From contig NC_043018.1 in the NCBI RefSeq assembly GCF_006345805.1, forward strand, positions 15,004,001 to 15,068,000: 64,000 nucleotides of DNA. Direction: 5' to 3'. Each line of letters starts with the position of its first letter. Position 1 is the stretch's first letter. This document shows positions 11,972 through 24,099 of the stretch, one piece after another. Position numbers and translations under genes: made by a program. This DNA is from Octopus sinensis. Taxonomy: Eukaryota. Under the pieces are notes generated by a model. That model was not told the origin of the DNA and searched no databases. It saw only the letters and a program-made list of their open reading frames with translations.

Positions 11972-12357
11972 TAGCAGTATCGCCCGGCGTTGCTCAGGTT
12001 TGTAAGGGAAATAATTATAAAGCATTTTTAGAGAGTTATAGCCAAAAAATAGCAAAAAAATGGAAAAATATGATGGTAAATTTTTTTTTGAGATTTAAAA
12101 AAGGTGGAGTTGCGTCCCCTAGACAGTTTGCGGTTTGTATTTCTGATTCTCGACCCCATGTCGAATTTATCGATTTTTTTCAGAACTGGGGGAACTTTTC
12201 AAAATTTTTCGCTGCGTTAGTTTTGAATTATGACATTGGGCTATGCGTGTGTCAAGTTTCATCAGAATCGGTTGAAAGCCGTGGTCAGGGTGAGGGTACA
12301 AACTGACAGACACACAGAAACACACACAGACAAACTGCCGTTTATATAGAGAGAGAT
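11970..12357 (+). mobile_element. Non-autonomous Helitron/Helentron-like (Lep1/DINE-1-like) element
   Basis: Starts ACTAGCAGTATCGCCCGGCGTTGCTC and ends ACAGA repeats + tttatatagagagagat, the terminal pattern of such elements. Inserted in (TA)n. Class assigned by resemblance only. Confidence 0.5.
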
Positions 12358-12683
12358 ATAAATATATATATATATATACTCATCCATATTTACATCTATC
12401 TAACCATATAAATACATATATTTATCCATATCTATCCACACACACACACACATATTTTTTCTTTTATTTGTTTCAGTCAAGCTAGGGCACCATTTTTAGT
12501 TGATGAAATCAATCCCAGGACTTATTCTTTGCAAGCCTAGTACTTACCTTATTGGTCTCTTTTGCCGAACTGCTAAGTTACGGGGGACATAAACACACCA
12601 ATATTGGTTGTCAAGCGATGGTGAGGGTAGGGGGAACAAAAACAGACACACACACACACATGCATGTGTGTGTGTGTATATGT

Positions 12684-12740
12684 TTGTGTGTCTGTTTTCT
12701 ATGGGGCTCTACTGGAGCCTCATAGAAAACAGACACACAA
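12684..12740. repeat. 26-bp-arm hairpin with 5-nt loop
   Basis: ttgtgtgtctgttttctatggggctc-tactg-gagcctcatagaaaacagacacacaa, 1 mismatch. Confidence 0.9.
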
Positions 12741-12787
12741 ACGGGATTTAGATAAAATTTAAATCAACAGAAGTATATATATAATGG

Positions 12788-13714
12788 GAGTGGTTCTCAA
12801 CCATTTTTCTCCCTTGGTCCCTTTCATTCCTATTTCATTCCACAGGACCTCCACAGCCATTCAATGAGTATTACAAAAACCCTAATTCTATTTTTGATAA
12901 TTATATGTTTTTAGGAATTGTATTAAAAAATTGTTAAAATGTTTTGTAAATTGTAGAAATGTGATGAATTTATTCTTTTATTTGCTTCAGTCATTTGAGT
13001 GTGGCCATGCTGGGGCACCGCCTGAAAGAGTGTTTTGTAGTCAAAGAAATTGACCCCAGGACTTATTCTTTGTAAGCCTCGTGCTTATTCTGTCAGTCAC
13101 TTTTGCTGAACTGCTAAGTTACAGGGACGTAAATACACCAACATCAGTTGTCAAGCAATGCTGGGTCTGACAAACACACATAAATATATATATATGTGGC
13201 TTCTTGGGCAAGTGTCTTCTGCTATAGCCCCGGGCCAACCAAAGCCTTGTGAGTGGATTTGGTAGACGGAAACTGAAAGAAGCCCGTCGTATATATGTAT
13301 ATATATATGTGTGTGTTTCTGTGTCTGTGTTTCTCCCGCTAGCATTGTTTGACAACCGATGCTGGTGTGTTTAAGTCCCCGTCACTTAGCGGTTCGGCAA
13401 AAGAGACCGATAGAATAAGTACTGGGCTTACAAAGAATAAGTCCTGGGGTCGATTTGCTCGACTAAAGGCGGTGCTCCAGCATGGCCGCAGTCAAATGAC
13501 TGAAACGAGTAAAAGAGTAAAAGAGTATATATAATTTTAAAATAGGATAAAATCTTCATAAGATTTTTATCAAGTAGTTGGTGTGAAAAACCTCAGAAGA
13601 GAAAAAATGTCTCGCTTCAAGAGTTACATTCGGTGCAATATGTTTATTTATTTTAGTAGTTTTGACTTTAAGAGTCCCTGCTAGCGTGTGGCATTTATGT
13701 GTAATAATGCCCTC

Positions 13715-13765
<51 letters not shown>

Positions 13766-14044
13766 TATATGTGCGTATATATATATATATATATATACAT
13801 ACGCACATATACTTTTATATATATATATATATGCAATGGGCTTCTTTCAGTTTCTGTCTAGCAAATCCACTCACAAGGATTAGGTTGACCCAAAGCTATT
13901 GTAGAAGACACTTGCCCAAGGTGCCATGCAGTGGGACTGAATCGAGAACCACGTGGCTGGAAAGCAAGGTACTTACCACACAGCCACATCTGCATATGAA
14001 CTTTAACAATAAAGTCTTATTTGGACCCTGGTTGAGAGCCACTG
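12788..14044. mobile_element. hAT/Charlie-like MITE split by nested SINE A insertions
   Basis: Left end gagtggttctcaacc, right end ggttgagagccactg (CAGTGGTTCTCAACC-type TIR). Flanking 8-mers match only 5/8. Confidence 0.45.
12971..13525. mobile_element. Two SINE A pieces head-to-head (- 12971-13185, + 13196-13525)
   Basis: Shared 3' half in opposite orientations. Confidence 0.85.
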
Positions 14045-14791
14045 TATTACAGTCAAAGGATTTTTTCTTAAAGCATTGAAATTGTTTTGGAGGGTCACAA
14101 AATTAAATTTTCATTAACAATATAATCTGATTATTTTGTTTGCAAATATTTCAGTAAAAGCTGCCATCAAATAGAGAAACTGTTTCTTTGTTTTTATGTT
14201 GGTGAATAAAATTATATCAACTTCAGGTCATGAAAGGGAGCTTCTTTAAGCGGTTAACTCAACCTGCTAAAAATAGCAATCGAATCCCTTCCCAGATAAC
14301 AGGCTACTCAAGGGAGAGACATGTGAGACAGTCTAGTACCCCCATACTCTTTGTCCAAGAGAAGAATAGGATGGTTAGGGGAGGGTGGGGGATTACACTT
14401 CTTTTATCCTAGCTATTCTCGGTCATCACTCACCTGGAGCTAAACACTACAAAACCACACACACACACCACACACACACACACGTGCTCTACTGTTTACA
14501 ATGTTTCCCTTTCTATATTTAAGTGCCTCTTAATAAGGTTGAGATTTAAACTTAATTATCAGTCATGATTCAGTGGTGGTGGTGGTGGTGGAAGTGAGGA
14601 GTTCGGGGGGGGGGGTGGATTTAGAAGGTTAAATATTCTCAAATCAAATTGCTGAGGTTAATTAATTAGTCTAATTATAGTAAAACTGGTCTGATTTAAT
14701 TAATGACTTGAAAGAGCTACTTGTCTGTACAATTAAGCTTTTACTTCAGAATATATTATAATATATATATATATATATTATAAATTCTAAC

Positions 14792-15194
14792 AGGCGTAGG
14801 AGTGGCTGTGTGGTAAGTAGCTTGCTTATGAACCACATGGTTCCAGGTTCAGTCCCACTGCGTGGCACCTTGGGCAAGTGTCTTCTACTATAGCCTCGTG
14901 CCGACCAAAGCCTTGTGAGTAGATTTGGTAGACGGAAACTGAAAGAAGCCCGTCCTATATATGTATATGTAAATATGTATGATTGTATGTGTTTGTGTGT
15001 CTGTGTTTGTCCCCCCAACATCGCCGGTGTGTTTATGTACCCGTAACTTAGCGGTTCAGCTAAGAGACCGATAAGAATAAGTACAAGGCTTACAAAGAAT
15101 AAGTCCTGGGGGGGGGGTCGATTTGCTCGACTAAAGGCGGTACTCCAGCATGGCCGCAGTCAAATGACTGAAACGAGTAAATGAGTAAAAGAGA
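14792..15194 (+). mobile_element. Full-length SINE family A
   Basis: A box TGGCTGTGTGG, B box GGTTCAGTCCC, complete body and gagtaaaa tail. Confidence 0.9.
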
Positions 15195-15829
15195 GGTGGT
15201 AGCGAGAAACGAAATGTTAAAGATGGAATGGCTTTGACACCAGGGTTTGTTCTATTGAAGTTTGTTTGGAAAGAGACGCCATGGTACAAAGCAACAGCCG
15301 ATCGTTTCCTTGGTAACGGAAGGTTAAAACTGAACGTATTGTTTGCTCGTCATTGTTCACTTTATTTACCAGTCTGGTATTCCAAAAACTATGAAGACCG
15401 TCTCCAGACCTAGTCACCGTTCAGATGGAAGTCTAAGAAACAGTTTCGGTCTAAGATTCATTTCCGAATGGTTTGTTGAACATTTGTGCCATAAAACGTC
15501 ATTGAGAGACTAGATATTTCTGCATTTGGACAATTCTGTTGGTCGTCTTTCTACAAGACTCTGAGAGTTATTTCTGTTTCCAAGGATTAATCTTAGAAGA
15601 ACTTTAATTCAGACGATTACAGTGACTGATGGTTATCATAAGTCATTCGTCCATCAAAGAACTCTGGAAAGATTACATGATACACACCATATTTCATCTT
15701 AATTATTCTATTATGCACACAATAAAACAAAATAATGCGTTGTTCAAGAAGTTAAAGAGACTTGTTTAAGGTTTAGTTTAAGGAATATCATTGAAGAGAG
15801 GATGAAACAATGACTATCAGCTATATAGT

Positions 15830-16120
15830 GGAGGCATATGGCCTAGTGGTTAGAGCAGCGGATTCGCGGTCGAGGGATCGCGAGTTCGAATCTCAGAACG
15901 GGCGATGTGTGTGTTTATGAACGAAACACAGAGCTCCACGCGGCTCCGGCAGAAGGTAATGGCGAAATTCTGCTGACTCTTTCGCCACAACTTTCTCTCA
16001 CTCTTTCCACCTGCATCTTGCAGCTCACCTGCGACGGACCGGCGTCCCGTCCAGGTGGGGAACCTATATGCCAAGGGAACCGGGAAACCGGCCCTTATGA
16101 GCTAGGCATGGCTTGGGAAG
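15830..16120 (+). mobile_element. SINE family B, tail 1
   Basis: A box TGGCCTAGTGG, B box GAGTTCGAATCT, tail gacggaccggcgtcccgtccag. Confidence 0.8.
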
Positions 16121-16307
16121 AAACAAACAACAAAACAAATCAGCAATATGGCACCAGAGCAGATAGCGAAGGGAGCGGAATTTGAAGGAATTGGTGTGAA
16201 TAATAGTTAGGATTTATTGCACTCTGATAATGAGTCCCCGACTTATGAAGACCGCAAAACAACCAGAAGTAGCAAAGTAAAGATTCCTCTACAACTGGTT
16301 TTAACAA

Positions 16308-16372
<65 letters not shown>

Positions 16373-16385
16373 AGAGGAAAAGAGG

Positions 16386-16420
<35 letters not shown>

Positions 16421-16723
16421 TGTGTGTGCATGATTACTTTTTACATATGTGTCTTTGTAGACGCATACAACCGAGAGTGTGCATATATTTTTTTTAAGAA
16501 CCTCAAAGGGAGAATCTTTGAAATGTTTTACAGAGTTTAGCTGTGTCACTAACAGATTAGATTTGGGGAGCGCGGGTCAGTTTCTTTTACTCCTTTTTAG
16601 AAAATTCCAGACACATAGATAAACGACAACTATACAGCTACGTGTAAATACAAGCACACACATCCATACAAACATACATATGATATATATTATCCGAAAT
16701 GTACAGTATTATATATCCATCAT

Positions 16724-16815
16724 GGCTGATTTTACCAATCGGTTTCGTGCAAAGAATACAATGGAGTGTTAGGTAACAATCCGATTATATAACCTTACGC
16801 TCATCAGAGTTAGCC
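16724..16815 (-). ncRNA. H4 hammerhead motif, opposite arm, stem I damaged
   Basis: GGCTAACT | CTGATGA | GCGTAAGG...CTTTGCAC | GAAA | CCGATTGG | TA | AAATCAGCC. Core intact, two mismatches next to the core in stem I. Confidence 0.6.
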
Positions 16816-17731
16816 GATATGGAAAGGAATGTGATGACAACTCTCTATTATGGGAGGTGGATTAACACAACCGGTCAGCGACTGCCTTGAAAAAGCTGGT
16901 GAAGCGAAAAAGGGCCAGGGGTTAGGTTAGGAGTTATGTCCCTTGGTTGGGTATGCTGTGAGGCCGGTAAGGGTTATCTTGAAGTCTTTGTGGGGAAAGT
17001 GTGCATTATTAAGTGTGGTGCTCCTGTGGGGATGGGGTGTGTGGTGTCATATGCATAATGTTTTCCGGGGTGTAAGTATATATAGCTGTGTTCGTTGCTC
17101 TGTTTTCTTTCCGTAAATGATGAGGTCGTGGGGTTTTAAGTTAACGTGTAGTGTGTAATGTGTGTGTGTGTGAGGTTTATATATGTGTGGGGGTACAATG
17201 TGTGTGAAGGGGTATATGTTGGGGGTAATGGGAGTATATGTTGGGGGTATCCGCCTTATAGGGACATACATGTGTGTACATGGGCGCATTGGTGTGTGCT
17301 TTGCCTGGTCTGAGGGCATTGGTGGAAGGTCGAGGCCGGGGACCTGTGCTTGCAGTCATGGTGGGGTGCGCAGGTACGATAGGATGTACTTCCTTTCATG
17401 TGGGCAAGACCTTATCCTTTACAGAAAGAAAAAAAAGACCAACGAACACTGTTATATAAACTTATATCCCCGGAAAAAATTATGCATATGACACCACTAC
17501 ACATATCACACACCCCATCCCCTCAGAAGCACCACATTAATAATGCACACTTTCCCTACAACCACTTCAAGATAACCCTTACCAGCCTCACAGCATACTC
17601 AACCAAGGGACATAACTCCTAACCTAATCCCCTGGCCCTTCGTTTCACCATCTTTTTCACAGCAGTCGCTGACCGGTTGTGTTAATCCACCTCCGACAAT
17701 AGAGAGCTGTCGCAATATTCCCTTCCATATC

Positions 17732-17823
17732 GGCTATCTCTGATGAGCGTAAGGTTATATAATCGGATTGTTACCTAACACTCCATTGTATTCCTTGCAC
17801 GAAACCGATTGGTAAGATCAGCC
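17732..17823 (+). ncRNA. Type I hammerhead motif with long stem II loop (family H4)
   Basis: GGCT-ATCT | CTGATGA | GCGTAAGG...CCTTGCAC | GAAA | CC-GATT-GG | TA | AGAT-C-AGCC. Canonical core, stem I 4+4 bp with bulged C, GUA at 17812-17814. Confidence 0.8.
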
Positions 17824-18000
17824 ATGATGGATATATTAATACTATATATTTCGGATAAACTCTATTGACAGATATACGAGTGCATCTTTTCCCTGACTTA
17901 CTGTCTCTTAGATGACTCGCACGCACGTACACACGCACGCACGCACGCACGCACGCACACACACATACATATGTACGTAGGTATGTATATATAAACTTTG

Positions 18001-18408
18001 GAAACGTTAGCACGCCGGGCGAAATGCTTAGCGGTATTTCATCTGCCGTTACGTTCTGAGTTCAAATTCCGCCAAGGTCGACTTTACCTTTCATCCTTTC
18101 GGGATCGATTAAATAAGTACCAGTTACGCACTGGGGTCGATATAATCGACTTAATCTGTTTGTCTGTCCTTGTTTGTCCTCTGTGTGTTTAGCCCCTTGT
18201 GGGTAGTAAAGAAATAGGTACTTCGTCTGACGTTACGTTCTGAGTTCAAATTACGCCGAGGTCGACTTTGCTTTTCATCCTTTTGGGGTCGATTAAATAA
18301 GTACCAGTCACGCACTGGGGTCGATGTAATCGACTTAATCCCATTGTCTGTCCTTGTTTGTCCCCTCTATGTTTAGCCCCTTGTGGGAAATAAAGAAATA
18401 AGAAATAG
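18001..18408 (+). mobile_element. SINE family C, head-to-tail dimer (184-bp period)
   Basis: The unit ggtatttc...gaggtcgactttgcctttcatcctttcggggtcg...gtttagccccttgtggg..aaagaaata is repeated, and the second unit lacks the head. Confidence 0.85.
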
Positions 18409-18539
18409 TTTCCGAAATACACGCCGGAAAAGCCAAAAATTGATACACAGTAAAAGGAAACTCTTATTAATGAATAGGAATTTGATAAGAGAAAAACGAT
18501 TTTGTACAGAGGCTAAATTAGGATTTAAAATCAATAAAG

Positions 18540-18950
18540 CTCTTTGAATATCTATTCATATTTGCAGACAAAAAGACTAATCTATACAAGGAAATGTATA
18601 AACATCTCTTAGATAATAGCATTACAAAGTTCAGCCGCAATGACCAACCGCAACACAATGAAATAAATACAAAAGCACAACAAACAACCACAAAACATGA
18701 CATCCAAAGCAAACTTAAATACCTCCATAAAGAAAACAAGAAAGCAACAAAAAAACTGCGGCCGTCATCGCACGGAAGAACCACCGAGCGAGAAACTTTC
18801 GAAATCGTACTCAAAAGTAAACTCGTTAATGTGTAATCGAAAATGATTTTGATGGAGAGAATTGAAAATGCAAAACTTCTCCTGTCCCTCAACAACATTG
18901 ACAAGCAGACAGAAATGGCGCCTACACTATCAAAAGTGGTCAATGACTTA
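18540..18950 (+). pseudogene. Decayed Penelope-like retroelement reverse transcriptase N-terminal fragment
   Basis: The frame FIFADKKTNLYKEMYKHLLDNSITK...INTKAQ, then frameshifted KNHRARNFRN, KSKLVN and SKMIL, resembles the ADKTxNLY / LKDHKxNF / CRLINP / SKxIL series recalled from PLE RTs. Needs an HMM check. Confidence 0.6.
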
Positions 18951-19203
18951 CTAGAATAATTTCATCTTTGATGAATCCTCAAAGTAGTCTCTAACCTAAA
19001 CTGTTTGGCCCCCGACCGTGAAGCCTGGAGGTGGCTCTGGGACGATTTCAGCAACCATATCATAGAACATTCTCTTGGCTCTTGCTCTACAGAGCAGAGT
19101 TAACACCAAGGATTATCTGAGTATTTCTGGTTGGTCCATCTTATGCTACGTTGTTCCCCGATGGCAGTGCAAAGCTCCCAGGATGACAATCTCCCCAATC
19201 AAG

Positions 19204-19494
19204 TGAAGGCGCGTGGCTCAGTGATTTGGGCGTTCGGTTCATGATCATTGTGTCCTTGAGCAAGACACTTTATTTCACGTTGCTCCAGTTCACTCACCTG
19301 GCAAAAATGAGTAGTACCTTTATTTCAAAAGGGCCAGTCTTTTCACACTCTGAGTCACGCTGAATCTCCCTGAGAACTACGTTAAGGGGACGCGTGTCTG
19401 TGGAGTGCTCAGCCACTTGCACGTTAATTTCACGAGCAGGCTGTTCCGCTGTTCGGATCAAGTGGAACCCTCGTCATGGTAACCGGCGGAATAC
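19204..19494 (+). mobile_element. SINE family B, tail 2
   Basis: Same head and centre as 5080. Different tail (gggccagtc...ctgagaactacgttaagg...gaaccctcgtc) shared with 41546-41853. Confidence 0.8.
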
Positions 19495-19764
19495 CGGTTG
19501 TTCAGAATTTGTCCAAAGAACACAAAATGTGAAGAAGACCACTCGGACTGTCCCTCGCCCCTCCAACACCACCCTCAACGATCACCGGATCTAACGTTTG
19601 TTCTGAATTTTGGATCACATTTTCCCCCTTTGCCATCATTACCGAAAGAACTAAAGCAGTTGAGTAATGGTTTGAACATTTCCTAACAAATGCTCAGGAC
19701 CTGTAAGAGTCAATTCCTCGGCGTATTAGCGCTGTGACTGATGCCAAAGCTGGACAAACTCCAT

Positions 19765-20185
19765 ACTCTTTTACTCTTTCACTCTTTCACTTGCTTAAGT
19801 CATGTGACTGTGGTCATGCTGGAGCATAGCTTTTAGTCGAGCAAATCGCCCCCAGGACTTATTCTTTGTAAGCCTAGTACTTATTCTAGCGGTCTCTTTT
19901 TCCGAACCACTAAGTTACGGGGACGTGAACATACCAGCATCGGTTGTCAAGCGATGTTGGGGAGACAACCACAGACACACAATCATATGCACACACATAC
20001 ACACACATATATATATATACATATACACGACGGGCTCCTTTCAGTTTCCATCTACCAAATCCACTCACAAGGCTTTGGTCAGTCCGAGGCTATAGTAGAA
20101 GACACTTGCCCAAGGTGCCACGCAGTGGGACTGAACCTGGAACCATGTAGTTGGTAAGCAAGCTACTTACCACACAGCCACTCCT
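19765..20185 (-). mobile_element. Full-length SINE family A
   Basis: Reverse complement of the 14792 copy. Confidence 0.9.
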
Positions 20186-20531
20186 AAAACTTCAATATAA
20201 CCAGGGATTTCTTTTATTTTGTACAAACCCTGCATACACTCACACACACACACACACACACTGGTTGGAGAAGCTCTCAGGCAAAATTAAAAACCCGTGT
20301 CAATACAAAATCTTTCTAGAAAGATTTGCCTCCTGTCCTGTATTGAGTCCTACCATCAGTGAATGATCCGTCGCCAAAGTTCCTTCAAATTATATTTAAT
20401 AACCCCGATTTAATATTTAGTTTTGGTCCAAAACGTCTGCGACTCTACCAGATTCTTGCAGCGTAGCAAACCCTGCATAAATAAATTCTTGAAAAGAATC
20501 TGATGCAATCACTACTGGGATAACCATTACC

Positions 20532-20588
<57 letters not shown>

Positions 20589-21431
20589 CTTCTCTCTCCG
20601 TTTCACTCTCTCTCTCACTCCTTCTCTGTCCGTTTCTCTCTCTCTCTCTCACTTAATTACATAGTTCGCGTAATTAGGTTTTTAATAAAAAACATCATTA
20701 AATATACATGAACCATTATTGCTTCTACGGGGAATCTGATGGCATTCGTGTTGGTCTTGTTATTCTGGCGCTTCTGTTTTCTAAAGAGTTTTGCTGTCAT
20801 CTAAAGGATCCACTGACTCGGCGAGTGAGTCTTCTAAGTGACGATTCAAACTGTTAGAAATAGCAGCTAAAACACCCCCAAAGCAGCCAGCACCGACCTA
20901 AATAAAGAACACATTAGATATTGAATTACTAGTTTTAGAAATAATTCTAAACTGATGTGATGGTCGTGGCTGGGATGCCTTTGATCGTAGGCCTTTGTAA
21001 CGTGGACCTAACTTGATGCTGACAACCAAAATGAAGATGACTTGTCAAAAAACTTATTCAATTGAATGCTTTCTCAAAACTCCACCACTTTTGCTTATTA
21101 AAAACAGAAAGAGCTGAGTTGGCGCGATGAGCAAACTGTTTTGTCGTCGTCTTATTGTGTAGAAAAAAGTGTGCCACGAGTACCCCCCTCCCAGACACAC
21201 ACCCATTCAAACAGACACATTACATTTATATACACATACATTTCAAACATTTAGTATATATATATATATATACACAATACAATAAACACATTTAATACAC
21301 GTGTGTGAGTGTGTATGGATAGGGGGGTCAATGACCGAATGAATGGATGTGTGTATATGATTGATTGATTGATTGATTCTAGTTTCAGCTCATGAGCTGT
21401 GGCCATGCTGGGGCACGAATGTATTTATTTT

Positions 21432-21843
21432 TCTCTTTTATTCTTTTACTTGTTTCAGTCATTTGACTGCAGCCATGCTGGAGCACCGCCTTTAGTCGAG
21501 CAAATCGACCCCAGGACTTATTCTTTGTAAGCCTAGTACTTATTCTATCGGTTCTCTTTTGCCGAACCGCTAATTTACAGGGACGTAAACATAGCAGCAT
21601 CGGTTGTCAAGCGATGTTGGGGGGAACAAACACAGTCACACACACACACACACCACACACACACACACACACACACCACACACACATACATATACGACGG
21701 GCTTCTTTCAGTTTCCGTCTAACAGATCCACTCACAAGGCTTTGGTCGGCCCGAGGCTATAGAAGAAGACACTTGCCCAAGGTGACACGCAATGGGACTG
21801 AACCCGGAACCATGTGGTTGGTAAGCAAGCTACTTACCACACA
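21432..21843 (-). mobile_element. Full-length SINE family A
   Basis: As above. Confidence 0.9.
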
Positions 21844-22153
21844 TTCTATGAGTATGTATGCAAATATATATGTGTATATGTGTGTGTGTGTAGATATTTA
21901 CATATATAAAAATATTTGTATATATACACAGACACACACACACATGTATATATATATACATACTGTAAGTAATAGCGATTATAAGTTTTAAGCTTATAAG
22001 CATTCACCGTGTATTGTGTAAAGAAAATAGTCTAATATTTGGGTACGTAAGCCCTCGACGGAAAACAAGTAGGTATTGGTTACCGCGGAAATACACATAC
22101 ATCCACATATAATTATATACACACATTCTTACATACATACACACACTCGCACA

Positions 22154-22218
<65 letters not shown>

Positions 22219-22283
22219 CTATCTATCTATCTATCCATCCATCCATCCATCCATCCATCCATCCATCCTCCAACCATCCATCT

Positions 22284-22345
<62 letters not shown>

Positions 22346-22370
22346 CTATCTATCTTCTATCTATCTATCT

Positions 22371-22461
<91 letters not shown>

Positions 22462-22466
22462 CTATA
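22154..22466. repeat. (TCTA)n/(TCCA)n microsatellite
   Basis: Seen directly. Confidence 0.95.
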
Positions 22467-22489
22467 GATATATGATATTATATAGCATA

Positions 22490-22707
22490 TATTGATTTCA
22501 AACTTTGGCACAAGGCCAGCAAGTTCGGGTGAGGGAGTTAGTCGATTACATCGACCCCAGTGCTCAGCTGGTATTTATTTTATCGAACCCGAAAGAATGA
22601 AAGGCAAAGTCGACCTCGGCAGAATTTGAATTCAAAACGTGAAGACAGACGAAATGCCGCCAAGCATTTCCACCCGGCGTGCTAACGGTTCTGCCAGCTC
22701 GTCGCCT
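22490..22707 (-). mobile_element. SINE family C variant
   Basis: Head ggcgacgagctggcagaaccgttagcacgccgg and the shared gaggtcgactttgcctttcat core. Related decayed copies at 23.1-23.3 kb and 23.7-23.9 kb. Confidence 0.75.
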
Positions 22708-24045
22708 TTATATGAAATATTATATTACGTTCTAATTCGGTGTGCCACGGAGTCATAAAGACTGAGATCGCTCGATCTGCTAGGAATATCAGCTTAAATC
22801 CCTCATAAATCACCCCCCTTCCACCATCTACAAGAAAACAAAAGGAGGTAGGGTGGAACATCGGATAATGCATTTGGGGCCCCCCCCCCACACCGTACTG
22901 TTATTTCTAGCAGGACGAGAGACCACATTGGTGACTAGTTGTGTTGTTGTTTAAAGCCAGGTCAATTGTGTTGGAGTAGGCACGTGGCGAATGGCCTGCT
23001 CGTCATGAGCGACTTTATGATTGTGCGAAAGACAGCAGAGAGTTTTTCCAGTTTTGTGAGGGAAATAATGACGGTGGGGATTTCTTTTATTGACCATAGG
23101 GGGCATAAACGAGGGGCATCAAAAGGACATCAAAATTTGGCACAAGGACAACAAATTCGAGGGAAGGGATAAATCAATTACATCGATCCCAGTGCTTGAC
23201 TAAATTTTGGTACAAGGCTAGCAGATTTAAAACGAAGGGGTTAATCGATCACGTCGACCCCAGTACTCAACTGGTACTTATTTTATCGACTCCGAAATGA
23301 TGAAAGGTAAAGTCGGCCTCAGCGTAAAATTGATCTCCGAACATCTAGCATACACAATTAAGCAACAAAGAACTCGTTCAAATTGCTAGAAATAACAGTT
23401 AAACCTTCTTTAAAGTACACCTTATTGTTTAAAAAAGACACCCCCCGCCAAAAAAAAAAAAAAAAAACCAGCCACGTTAGTATCAGATTCTGTTCACCAA
23501 GAAGACAGGATGGTCATTTCTGTAACGTCTTTGATCATACTTGGATCTAAACAACAACATGGATTTATTAGCAGAAGAATATAGATTTTGGGGATGGGGT
23601 ATGTTATTATCGATTAAGGAGATCAATACTCGATTGGGACTTTATTTTATTGATCTCATGGAAAAGTAATCGCGTCAGGACTCTCTGTGTGTGACTGGTA
23701 CTTCATTTTAAAGTCAGGTAAGGTTGACCTTGGTGGAATTCGAACTTACGACGCGGAAAAATCGAAACCAAATATCTCAAGAATCTGATGGTTCTGCCAT
23801 TTTGATGATGATGGTTAGGAAAATATAAAAGTGCTTTGCCTATCATCCTTTCGGACGATAAATTAAGTACCAGCTGCGTGCAGGGGTCGGTCTAATCGAC
23901 TGGCCCAAAAAATTTCAGGCCTTGTGCCTAGAAGAGACAAGAATTTAAACTACCTCTGCAGTGCGCGTACGCGTGTATGTCTGCACGCGCGCGTGTGCGT
24001 GTGTGCGTGTGTGCGTGCATACGTGTATCATTGTGTGTGTGTATA

Positions 24046-24099
<54 letters not shown>

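Larger units (their letters stand above)
16691..17857. mobile_element. Penelope-like inverted structure: ~440-bp arms (16691-17127 / 17408-17857), each with an outward-pointing hammerhead
   Basis: The arms align in reverse complement, and hammerhead motifs lie near both outer ends. PLE assignment is inference. Confidence 0.7.
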
